DNA from: Selaginella moellendorffii
Lineage: Eukaryota; Plantae; Lycopodiophyta
Length of the DNA: 64,000 nucleotides
Direction of reading: 5' to 3'
Assembly: GCF_000143415.4 (NCBI RefSeq)
Contig: NW_003314283.1
Location: 1,985,312-2,049,311 of the forward strand
Both the position numbers and the translations under genes were made by a program. The notes beneath the pieces are model-generated. The model did not search any database. It was not told the DNA's origin and saw only the letters and a list, made by a program, of their open reading frames with translations. Below, in pieces: positions 37,173-49,255 of the stretch (position 1 is the first letter of the stretch; every line of letters starts with the position of its first letter).

Positions 37173-40100
37173 TCAGACTGTTATTTTTTGCCTCCAATGC
37201 CTATACAATAATCTTGGAATTTCATCACTCTCCACACTATCAGGATTTAAACCCAATAGTAATGCCATCTCTTCTCTAATACGTCCACGCTCATGTTCAA
37301 TGGTCGAAGAACCCATCCGGTTGAGCAGATTATGGAGATGCGGATAGTGTTTGGCTAGACAATATACATGCCATAAATGATGACTGGTGTCTATCCGATC
37401 AAATAGCTTCTGATATACCGTTCCATCTGCCATTTGGTTGATTTCTGCAGCCACCTCCTGGACTGGCCGGTTCTCTATCACCATCGCTTCAAGCCGTTTT
37501 GCAAGGTCCCCCAGAACATACGGTTTCTTCTCCCTAGTTTCCATACTGCAAGAGATGGGGTGCACTGCATATGTGTGCGTGTTCGCTGCAGTTTTAATCG
37601 GCGAGTCATCGATGATGAGGATTTCACTTGACCTAGCAGTCCGGTTCATCACTACAGCCTCTGGCTTGACGAAGATGGGCTTGCTACCCCTCACATAGAC
37701 CATAGTCAAGCAATCCTCCTACGTTAGGAGAAAGTCAAATGGTAATATTACTCACGTCTGATCGTGCATCATCTGTAGCAACGTTAATGCATTGTGGCGC
37801 ATCATGGATGTCCAAACTCCCAATTGCAAATTGAACCCGGCCCTCTGTTTTAAGTGTCGCATGGTCATTATTAGATCCCGCAGTTTCTCCCGTGTGATTA
37901 ATGTGAATCTGTCTCTTTTGACCAACTTGCGACCGCAGGCTTTGGAGGGTGCAGTGACATTCGAGGACGAGCCACGCTCATGGGAGAAAAGGACACCGTT
38001 CAGATCAAAAACGATACAGTACTTTCGCCGTGACTCTGAAATGAAATGCGTCAGCATAAAAAATGGTACAAGTCAATTTTACCATCTACAATATTAGCGA
38101 ATGGTGCTCCCGATGGTCGTTCAGAGGGTTTTGGTCGAGGAAACGTGAAGGGCGGAAATACTCTCCTCTGCAATGTGGGGTCAATCGCATCCGATGGTGT
38201 GTGAGCACATGCCATTTCAGCTATAGACTCTGGTACAACTGGCTCAACAGTGGCATGGGGTGGTTCCGATAGCATGTGATCACACGCCATTTCAACTGGT
38301 GCCTCTGTTGGCAAAGTGGACATGACCGAACAGGCAGCAGGGGCAGTGTAGGGAGGTTCCAACGGCGCGTAGTCAGACGATTGGGCACACGTTGAGTCCG
38401 TTGGAAATGAGGATACGACCGGCTCGGCAGCTGGGGCGGCCTAATGCGGGTCCAATAGCGCCTAGTCACCGTCAGTTGGATACGTGGACAAGATTGACTC
38501 AGTGGTATGGGCAGCATCAAGTGGAGCGTGGTCAGCTTGCTTGGCGTTGATATGGATAGTAGCCTCCACTAGCTCTGATGACTCTTGCAGGCAAGTAGAG
38601 TCCACTGGCGGATCCATATGCATGTCCAAATATCTCCCTTCGATTGAGATGGTATCCTCCCTACTGGCTACTAAAAACAAACTCATTAGCACATTGAATC
38701 GATTATACTATATTTACCATCAACTGCTATTGGGCGCACTGCTGATTCTGAAGGATTGGACATACGTTTCGACCCTTGCTTGGCACTATCCTTCCTCGAC
38801 ACTAAAGGCTAGAGTTTGTATCTTAATTCAACTGAATAATCTCTACTTACCATTTCTTCTGCGACCTACATGGACAATGTTAGAAATGGTAAAAGGTTAG
38901 GAATGGATGTACTATTATTTACCTGATGGTTTGTCTTGTATGACCTTCCTCTGCTGCTCTTTGGCCACCTCAGGCTGGCCATCGTCATCATCATCGTCAT
39001 CGTCGTTATTGTGATCGTCACCATTGTAAGGACCATCCAAGTCCTCTTCGTCCTCCTCTTCTTCGTCCTCCTCTTCTTTGTCCTCCTCTTCGTCCTTCTG
39101 CTCTTCCTGCTCATTATCTTTCTCTGGCTCCTCATCCCCCTCCTGCATTTCTTCCATAGGCTGCTCAGGCTGGATGGCTTGTTTTTCCAGGACCATCTTG
39201 GGAAAATCATCTGGCCGAGTCTCCATCTCAAAATACAAGACATCCATAGCTTGTTTCAATGCTTGACCTAGGACCGTATCCTCACCCGACTGTCTTAACA
39301 TGGTTTTTGCATGTTCTTGCACCCTTCGAAGACGACGAGATGAGAAAAACGTGGCCCTGACTTGAAAAGCATCCCTCATCCATTGTACCTCTCCATTGAG
39401 ATTGGGGAAGGGGAGTCCGCCATAGGAATCTGAGTTAGGAGGTGGTGACTGGCTCCTTTCACTCAGCCCTTGATCTGCAATGAATGGCATGAGCACACAC
39501 GCCATAACCGCGAGGCATTACCTATCATCTTTTTGTTGCCCTTCTTCCTTTTCGAATCAAACGCCTCTGATCCTGACGACTGTCCAACGTGCTTTCGCTT
39601 TTTATGACCATTGTCAGTTTGAGCTTGGCTGGTGCTTGCCTGTTTTGCCTTTGAAGAAGTGTCTCCTGCAAGGAATGGCATGAGACCACACGCCATTGCA
39701 AATATAATTTGTACCTCCTTTTTTCCTATTGCTTGTCTGTTTGTCCTTCTTCGACGCGCCACCAATGCACTTTTCAGTCCTCGTGTCTGAATATTCACAA
39801 CGATCTATAATCAAAATGGCGTGAGGCCTCACGTGACCTTACCTTGTGCAGGTTGTGAGCTCGGCCTAACATCAGTAGCTGTTAACGCCGTTTCAGCATC
39901 TGGGGGTGGCCACGCTCCTGCATACAGAGCTTGTGAGATAACATTTAAACTTAAAGTGCGTACTCACCAGGTTCGCAGAGAAGATACTGTTTTTCTTTGG
40001 CAACTGTAATTATATGCTCCATTGAAGTCACCTCTTCAATGGAGTTTGTCACCGCAACACACGGGACACCCTTGAGTAGTGCGGCTCGAAAGAATAGTCC

Positions 40101-42750
40101 GCCGCAGTTGTACTCGACAACGCATTTGCCCTTGGTGTCACCCGCTATTGCGTTGAAGACCCAGTTGAGCATTTCCCATGCTGCACCTGGAGCTTTCTTT
40201 GGATTCGAAAGCTCCATAGCCGTCTTCAGTTCCTCAGGCACGGGTAAATTGACCTCCCTCAGATCAATTCGATCGGCCTTGTCGAACGAAGTTGGGAAGT
40301 CACTCCAGTCCCACTCTGCTGCAGGACCAATAACAAGGGCGAGTGTGAAGATGCGGACATTCGTCGGTATCTTCTTCGTAGCCATTATCCCATGGATCTC
40401 CAGCATCTCCTTGCCTTACAACCGAGCCTTCACCTCGTTCAAGGCCTTCCAGAACTTGTGATAGGATTCGGAGTCGTAGATGATATAGTGGACTGAAGAT
40501 TCCACGTCCGCAAGTCCCACCATTAAGTCAATAATGGAGCTGACTTCGTCTGCATGAGTGATCTCTTCGTTTGTGAAGTCCATCACACAAAAGATGCTCT
40601 TGACCTGCTCATCTCCGCGGGAAACGATGCTCCTCCACCTTTGATCCTCATCTGAATTCACGTATACCCGGTAAGGTTCTCGATAGGCCTCTGCTGCGGG
40701 GTCGAGCTGTTTCTGAAGCCGGCGGTCGACATCCCTCTTAATGAAATTTGGATACTGATCCAACTTCTCAGCTTTACTTTTCGTGGCATCCCGCAGCAGA
40801 TCGATGAACTTGGGGGCCCCCTTCACGTACTCGTCGATGTCTTCATTTGACAAGTCCAGCTCTTCCATCATCTCTTGCGTGGTGTCGATGCTCACCCTCT
40901 CCACGGCCACTTGCTCGAAGATCCAATCCTTCAATAGCGCACGAGCTCTCAGAGTCGTGCACAAGTCCTCGTATGTCACAATATGGCCGGGAGTCATTTT
41001 GGTCTTGTTGAAGACTACCTCACCACGTAGAAGAGCATTAGCCACTGTCAGAAGGTCGTCGTCGTCTAGAGACCGCGAGAAATGCAAGGCGTTGAGCTTC
41101 AAATCATTGGGCTTCCGGCCGTCCTCCACACCCATTGAGTTTAGCAACTCCCCGTCATGGTACCTCCTCAGCACATCTACCCATTTGTCAAAAACAACTT
41201 TTGTCGCAAGTAGAATGTTATGGATGCTGAGTGTGTCATTGACCCCCAGTGTTTTCGAGAGAAGACTCGAGAATTCCTGCAATGGAAATGGCATGAGGCC
41301 ACATGCTATGCCACATGCAACGAGGCTTACCTGCCAGGCGCTAGTTGCTAGTGCACGTCCTTGTCCTGGTTTTTGTGGCTTCTTCAGTTGAACCCAGAGC
41401 TTCCGTGTTCGTGCCAATGTCTCGTGCAGACCCGATTTGTAGCATGTTTCTTGCTTGACATTCTGCGCGTGGGAGATGGATATGATAGATCGGAGGGGCG
41501 AGTTGCCTTTTATCAGGCGGACAACTCTTGTCTTGAAGACTTTCTTCACCTCCTCGCCCACCATAATATCCAGAACTATCTCTTGCATTGCCAAGCTAGA
41601 ATGCTGCCCGGAGACGGCATAGAACCGGATGTTCTGATCGTCCAACACCTTCCTATTGATCAAGTTTGGAAACCTCATCTCGCCCTTCATTGTTTGGTAA
41701 TAGGGGATCACGTCTGCGATGTCGGGTGTTACTGGACTTGCCAGCATCTTCTGCTTCAGTTTCTCCACCCACTCATCAGATACTAGCCTGTGGTTGTATT
41801 TGCTTTGGATGTCGAACGGCTCACGTCGATTGTATATACTTTGTTGGAATAGTAACAAGTACTATTATCTGCGACGATTTTTGCTGCCTCTTCTTGCTCT
41901 TTCTGCTCTTTGCGGCTCTTCTTTTTGGTGGGTGTAGTGTTCGAACCCGAGGCAATGGCATCACCGAGTAGCTTCTTTTTTGGAGCAGCAGAGTCGGACG
42001 TCGGCTTGAGCTTGACCACCCTTTTCTGCTTCGGGGTAGTTTCCAGATCGACCCCCTTCCCCTTCGCTTCGCGAACTGGAGGCACTCTCAACGGCTCAAT
42101 GTTGGAATATAGTTTTTGAACATCGCCGTAGGTGAGGTCCGTGGATTCCATGTGATCTTCATAGACCCGCAGCGTCTTTGAAATTGTGGGCCTCCTGGAC
42201 AACCTCTCCCTAGCTCCCTCTAGGAATTCCTCATAGCCGCTGCCCCCCTTCGGGAAGCCGCTAGGATGTGCAAGGTGGATCTTGAAGGCGGACGCTGTCT
42301 CTACCACAAGTGCCAGTCCATATTCTTGCATGGAACTGCATGGAGTGTCTGTCACTTGGATGAGGATCCCCATGCATTCTTTTCTCCCACCATCTGTGTT
42401 GTACAGCCTGAGATCCTTGCATTCCATCCCGAAAGTCCAACTGGTGAGCTCCTCCCCCTTCTCTGCATCCACATTGACAGTGGCTGGAAGAAGAACGCAA
42501 TTCCTCGCCTGTTCAGAAATGCACAACAATTAGAGCTGACAGATGAAAAGCTAGCAGCTGGAAATAACGTGAGGCCACACGCCATTCACCACTGCATCAG
42601 ATGTCTTGAGGCTGCATCCTAAGATGGCGTGAGGCTACACGCCATCTGTAACCGGACTGCACTCGAGAGCCCAATCGGTGCATGCCAATGTTGCTACTGA
42701 ATGGCATGTGGCCTCATGCCATTTTCTACTTGGCCTAAAAGACTTACCAT
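37173..42750 (-). pseudogene. Multi-exon cargo gene (~1650 aa): ParB-like domain, degenerate N4/N6 DNA methyltransferase-like fold, acidic linker, FCP1/NIF-like HAD phosphatase domain
   Basis: ATG 42750-42748. GT-AG introns 42747-42509, 41330-41277, 39967-39918, 39842-39805, 39714-39666, 39521-39475, 38922-38866, 38850-38802 and 38717-38671 join the ORFs in frame. Stops at 40416, 38462, 38441, 37752, 37719; frameshifts at ~41818 and ~38060. Motifs: FYAVSGQHS; CVVEYNCGG..RAALLKG..CVAV; IVFDLNGVL...VWTS...KPIFVK...IIDDSPIK..N. Confidence 0.75.
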
Positions 42751-42759
42751 TTGAAGCCG

Positions 42760-45640
42760 AATGGAGGCCGTGACAATCGAGGCCCGATTCGCTGGCGAAT
42801 GTGCACTGTGTGTGTAGCGGATCGTAGCAGCAAGGCTACTCTGCCACTTACAGTTGGAGAGTGGCGCTGAAATCTCCCAGGACGCCAAGTGGGCTGCGTG
42901 TGGGTGGCGGAGTGGGCGGCGGAGTTGGCGGCGAAGTTACAAACTGGGTGTGTCTTGAAGTGGACGCCGATGCACACAAGCGCAATGCGAGTGCGAGTGT
43001 GATGCAAGCGCGAGTGGACGCCGATGCACACGAGAAACCTGTAGAGAAGTGAGCGTGATCGCGAGTGGGAGCGCGATGCGAGCGGGAACGCGAGTGTGAT
43101 GCGAGCGCGAGCGCGAGTGTGCGAGCGCGAGTACGAAGCAAAATGCAAAACCTAACCTCACACGCGCGAAATGTCACAACGGTTAGTAATCCCGCCACGT
43201 CATCATTCCTCGGACTTGGGCGCCACCATTAATTTCTGGATTGCCGCGCGCATGCAAAAGAAATCCGCAACGTCATCATTCCTCGGACTGCATGCACGCG
43301 AAATCCAAAAGAAAGATCATGATTGGGATATCATTTAATACCCTCGCTATATTTATACCATGCATGATTGGATATTCCAAAGCATCTTGTATTTCCAAAA
43401 ATGGCAGATGTTCAGCTAAATAAAGAAATTCTATCTGTTTCTATTTTTCTCTCAAATCAATATTATAGCGTGTGGGCTCATGCAATTTTGAACCAAAGAA
43501 ACCCAAAAAACGTTGGACCCAAAATATTTTGAAAAAACCCAAAAAACCCTAAACATTTTAAACCCAAAAATCCAAGCGTCCTGTGGCGTTATTCCTTGAA
43601 TGGCGTGTGGGCGCATGCCATTTTCAGGGCCAAATGCTGAATGGAGAAAAATTCCCTTTCAGTGCAAATGCTGCAAGAGGCAGATGCCGAGCACAAAGGA
43701 CTGTAACTACCTCACATGACACAGATAAACTTTTCTCTATTTGGCAAAGATAAACTTTATAGCGTGTGGGCTCATGCAATTTTGAACCCAAAAAATGCAC
43801 CAAAAAATTCTCGGCGTCATCTGGCGTTATCTCTTGAATGGCGTGGGGCCACATGCCATTTTCAGGGGCACATAGGAGTATATTCCTAGGATATTCTGAC
43901 ACGTGCAAGATTTTTTTGAGTTTTCTGGAGATCCAACCGTTAGATCGCAACTAGATTTTACATAATGGTATACAATGTCTTTCTTGATGACCCTGCAAAG
44001 AAGCATCTCGATCAGACACCACATGAGACCACACGAGCCTTACAATGTTTCAGGGGCATTTGCCATAGATCCGACCGTTATTTTGCTCCAAGATTTTACA
44101 GTTTGGTGTCCATTGACCTTTCCATTGACACTGCAAAGGGACATCACAATCAGATGCGGGATCACAAGAAACTAACTTCACTAACTCTGGTTTCACCAAG
44201 ATCTACGTAAGGAGTTATGAAATGAAAGGACCCTCTCTATTGAAATGTGTTTATGGTCCTAGGGGCATTGTGACATATCAAAGGATTTTGCATCAAGTTC
44301 TGTATTTGCATGTTTATCAAGCTACTGAATTGCTAAACCCTAAACCCTAAACCCTAAACATGTGGCAAATGCTGCATGAAGAAAGATGCCCTTTCTGGGC
44401 AAATGCTGTAAGAGGCAGATGCCGAGCAGATGTATCTCAGGCTAGTGAAGGGGACAAACAAAAGCTAGCTATAAACATAACGGGATGCAAATAGATTACT
44501 AGGCTGGTCCTGCGAAAATCAAAAACCATAATTGAAAACATTGAAAATGCAAAAAGAAAGGTTTATAATATTTTTGAATTTTAAGCAACCAAAGGAATGT
44601 AAGTAGGGCATGTGTTTGTAAGTTTAAAAATGCCTCAACCACTTAAATTCCCAAGTAAATAAAGCTATTTCTATTTTTGGTACAGGTAAACTTTATAGCG
44701 TGTGGGCTCATGCAATTTTGAACCCAAAAATGCACCAAAAAATGCTCGACTAGCATTATTCTTTGAATGACGTGTGGCCTTATATTGCCATAAATGGACG
44801 TACACACAGAGCATAATTATTCCTTTACACGGCGAATAATCTTGGCGCGGATCGCTGACATGGCATGGCAAAGTTCGAATCACTGACATGGCACAGCTGG
44901 ATCGAGGCAAGGACAGGATGTGACAAAGTTCAACCTCCGACAGCAAAGTCTAGAAGAAACTCAGTTTGAAATTTGTCAGAGGAGTCATAAGATCTGGTTT
45001 GTCAGAGGATTTGATGTGACATTCAAGCGTGTGTTATTTTTGAATTCTGAATTTTTGAATTATATTTGTGCGCCGTGTTCTTGGTTCCACTGAGCGCAGT
45101 GAGCGCTGCTTGTGTAAGCGGCGTTGTGGGCTGTGGTTTATGCGTCTACGAGCGGTTGCGGCATTGCGAGCGCCATTGCGAGCGGCAGTTTATGCGAGTG
45201 GCAGTTTGTGCGAGCGGCGCTACGAGCAGTTGTGGTGTTGCGAGCGGCGCTACGAGTAGTTGCGGTGTTGCGAGCGGCACTGTCTTTGGTGTGGCTACCG
45301 CTTCCTCTTGATATTCGGCACTTGTGCTTCCTGGTATGTTCACCATGGAATGGCTTAGGACCACATTTAGAAATGGCATGAGGCCACATGCCATCTTGGG
45401 CCCTTGCAATTTCATGGCTAGTGTATTGTCATGTATGTTTTTACTTGCCTGCAGCTGTGTGTATATCAAGATGGCATGAGGCCTCATGCCAATTTTGTGA
45501 ATGCAAAATTTCACGTGGGTGTCAATAGCATGTTTGAATAATGGCATGTGGCCTCATGCTATTGAGGTTGTTTGGTATGTTATGATTTAGGCCATTCTCC
45601 AATCATTTTTTGTATGGTCTTAACTTCTTTTCTGCACTTT
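42760..45640. promoter_or_regulatory. Divergent intergenic/promoter region of the DNA transposon
   Basis: CpG-rich repeat patches at 42890-43200 and 45070-45300; repeated ~100-150-bp blocks at 43460, 43750 and 44690; (CCCTAAA)n at 44333-44359. Confidence 0.55.
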
Positions 45641-45644
45641 CAGA

Positions 45645-48600
45645 ATGGCCTTCAGGGTTGGGGAAAAGGTTTACATTTTGAATGGTGGGAAGAGAGTTGC
45701 AAAAGGGACCCTTGTGTCTATGGATCGGAACTTTGTTATACACTGTCAAAGGCTTGGGGAAGGCAATGCTGCTGTATCAGTAGAGACTGTCTTCGATGGG
45801 AATGTGGTTGCTATTGAACGAGGAGAGATGGTCATCGGGGTAAATGTTGTTGTTGCCTTGAAAAATCTTCAGAAGAAAACAGATGTTGGGGACAGCGCAA
45901 GTGCGAAGCATGTTCCCTCCGTGGATCTTAAGAACCGTGCTACATGGATTCAGGCGAAGGTGTTTCTAAACAACCCCGAGGGGGAGGTGGTAGCTGAGGG
46001 CTTAGCCACAGTTGTCGATCTAAGAGATGCGGTTGCTAATCAAGAATTGGGCTGGGATGATATTGGAGTTGCGATTTTAGAGGTTGTTGACACAGAAGAA
46101 AACAGTCTGACTATTGGAAGCATTGTGCGATGGAAATTGAGGCACTTAGTGTTTGAGAATGTGAAGGATTCACAATCAAACACCACTACAACTGATGACA
46201 GAACATCTCTTCATGGGAAAAGAAAGTACACCTTCCTAAAGCGCAGCCAAAGGGATCTAAGCAACGAACCGAAAAAGCAGAAAATGGCGATGGAGGTTCG
46301 AATGGTCTCGACAGTTGCTTGTTGCAAGAGGAGGTGCTGTCAACATGCTGATTGGGATGCTATTGAAGAGGAGAGAGCAAGATACAAGACATTGTCCTAG
46401 AAGGCAGCTCGCAATTTTGTGTATGAGGCATTACGGTCATCTGTTGATGCTTCAGAACATCAAGTGGGGGGCATGGTCTTCCAGAGGGGTTTGGTCTGCA
46501 TGAAGGCATGGAGAATCATTTATGGAGTCCCTCGAACCACATTCTACAGAATCAAAACTGAGTTCGAGGAACAAAGGGTTCAACAGGCAGTCCATGGGAA
46601 CGACGGTACGCACAAAATCAGGGGTCATGTTGTATATGGAGAGGCAATCTTCAAGAGGTTTGTCGAGACATGTAGCGAGCAGCAACCACATAAAACCCGC
46701 CTCTTGGAAGATGGAACACGAGACACCTAACGAGTTCTCCCTTCCATGTATACCAAGGGGGCCATATTGGAAGATGTGAATCGGGAACTCCAGAGTAATG
46801 GCTACAGGAAGCTGAGCCAATCTAGATTTAGTAGATTGTGGAGCAACAGGTTCAGGGATGTGAGTATAGGAAAGTACTCCAGCTTTTCAAAGTGTGACGA
46901 GTGCACTGCTATCAAAATGGCTTTGTCGAAGAATTCTTGCAGTGCTCAAGAGCGAGAGACGTTGGTTAGAAGGCGGCTCGACCACAACATCGAGCAGAGA
47001 AGCTGCAGGACTGCATATTATCATAACAGGATTCTCTCCATGGAGAGACCTGACTCTTACCTCTGCATCATCCACGACAAAATGGACCAGAAAAAGACGT
47101 GCTTACCTCGACTCAATCCTGCCCCCAAGGCAATCTCTTCATCCATGCAGCTGCCTGTGTCTCTGTTTGGCATAATCGCTCATGGGCATGGTGCCCAGAA
47201 CTATGGGAACTTCTTTGTACCTCTATGGGGTGGCGGGGGTGCAAACATGATGATTGCGTCCCTAGCAAAACACTTAAGGTCTCTGCAAAGTGCGCAGACT
47301 GAGCTGAACGGCCAACCCTTGCATAAGGCCCTTGTCAATCGAACCCCATACAGGGTTCAGCTGGAGGAAGAGCAAAGGCTTGCAGTATCGCGTGGGGCCC
47401 CATGCCATCCCAGTGAATATGTTGGCCGTCAGATTGTAGGGTTATCACGTGAGGCCTCATGCCATTCCGACGAGGCTGGTCGCCCGGTGAATGCACAGCC
47501 TCATCCAAACGAAGTAGAATCTCAAGGAAGTTCTTGCGGCCGATGTGGCCTTCCACCCCATCTTCTGCTCCAAACAGACAATGCTGGCAGTGAGAACAAA
47601 AACATGTACGTCTTCGCGTACTTGGCGATGCTTGTTGCCAAAGGCATATTTGAAACGGTTACACTTGGCTTTCTCATGGTTGGGCACACTCATGAGGATG
47701 TCGATGCCATGTTTAGTCACCTGGCAGAGTCCCTCCGGCGATCCAATGTCCTCACCCTCCCACAACTCTACGATGAATTCCAAAATTGCATCAAAGGCAC
47801 TGTTGAAGCTGCACTTCTGACAGAGGTTCCAGACTTTAAGGGGTTTTTAAGAGGCTACATCAGGGACGGATCCGAAACGCTGATTGGCCACTCCAAGCCT
47901 CTTCAGTTTCATTTCAGCATGCGTGATGGTGCTCCAGTGATGAGGTACAAGATGAGAGAATGGGACACAGTGTGGCTGCCAGTGGACGGCATTGAACTCT
48001 TCAAGAGAGATCCCATAACTGGGGAACCTATGATTCCTCAGGGTTCCCACGGCCGATGCACCCGGATGGACTCAAAGACTAGGAAAGTATAGTGGCCGGG
48101 ATTAGATAGCATATTGCCTTCTGGAAGAGGGGGTTGGTGTTTGGTGGAGAATCCTATTTTCAGAGGTGCAAGCCTTTGCTCGAATACTGGGAGAAGATTA
48201 TATCTGCTATCCAAAATGGGCCGGTTGTATATAAAGAATTGGAAGAGTCCTTTTGGCCAGAACCCAGAGCACCAGATAGTAGCGGAACAATGTCCTCTGG
48301 AAATGCAGTGATAGATAACGATGTTGAGGATCACTATTGTGGGCCGAGGAACAAGAAGCCGGATTCAGCATTCAATCCAGTACAGGTCTGCAAAGGAATG
48401 GTCGTGCTTGTCAGACCCAGTAATAAAAAACAAATGATATGGGTGGGGCGCTGCATCACTGATGCAGAGGAGGACGCGGAAACTAACTCCTTCAATGTAA
48501 CTGTGGAGTGGTTCAAGCCAAGTTCCGAATATGCGAAGGATTGCCTAGAAAAGAGATGGGTGCTGAATCCAAGGGATCCCAGCATGAGCATATCGGTGGA

Positions 48601-48790
48601 TAATGTTGTGCATGGTTGGATGCGGAAGCAGAGTGCCACCATCACCTTGCTAGACCATGCAAGAGATGCAGCAAGAGCATTCATAATATTCCTCGGATTC
48701 AAGGTGAGATTCATTAATATTCCTTTACTAAGTTTCTAATGTATTTTATTTCAAGGTGAACAATCCGAATCTGAATCAGAGGAGGTGTGA
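45645..48790 (+). pseudogene. Sola-type (DUF7869-like) DDD transposase, disrupted
   Basis: CCKRRC, KCDEC, IIHDKMDQKKT.LP, LQTDNAGSENKN, FLMVGHTHEDVDAMFS. In-frame stops at 46398, 46728, 48080, 48107; frameshift ~48045; probable last intron 48704-48755. Confidence 0.8.
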
Positions 48791-48997
48791 TGGCATGTGG
48801 CCTGAGATGATGTGACATATGCATTTACCAATCACACGTGCATAAATCTAATAATATGGCGTGTGGCCCATATTAATGGCACATAAACCCATATTGTGGG
48901 CTTACGTGCTTTATGTACCATCATTCCCTTGCAGCGTGTGTGTTGGTTTCCTTTTATAACACAACGAACTCCATATTTTAGGGTGAAGAGCGTTCTC

Positions 48998-49255
48998 ATG
49001 GCAAACACAAAATCTGTAAGTGAGGCAGAAAAGGAGACGGAGAAGGAGATAGGTGAAGATGTAGAATATATAAGTCTTCCAAACTCCCCGTACTATACTC
49101 CAGGTGATCATTTTTCTGAACAAACGGCAACATTAACAACTATCGAGAACGCCCCAGTAACGTCAGAGACAACAATCCAAAGCAAAACAACTAACCCGGA
49201 GAAGGATGATAGTACCGCTGAGAGTACCAAAAAGGAGGTGTCCACTAGCGCTTAG
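48998..49255 (+). CDS. Possible small acidic, Thr-rich ORF or extra exon in the transposon 3' region
   Basis: 85-codon open frame from ATG with biased composition; no domain recognised. Confidence 0.25.
   Translation: MANTKSVSEAEKETEKEIGEDVEYISLPNSPYYTPGDHFSEQTATLTTIENAPVTSETTIQSKTTNPEKDDSTAESTKKEVSTSA

Noticed and set aside
40783-41786. Plus-strand ORFs opposite the cargo gene (202 aa, 141 aa)
   Set aside because: Antisense shadows of the minus-strand coding sequence with no motifs.
44333-44359. CCCTAAA tract as a telomere (also 59281-59304)
   Set aside because: Only 3-4 units, internal to TEs; at most telobox-like.
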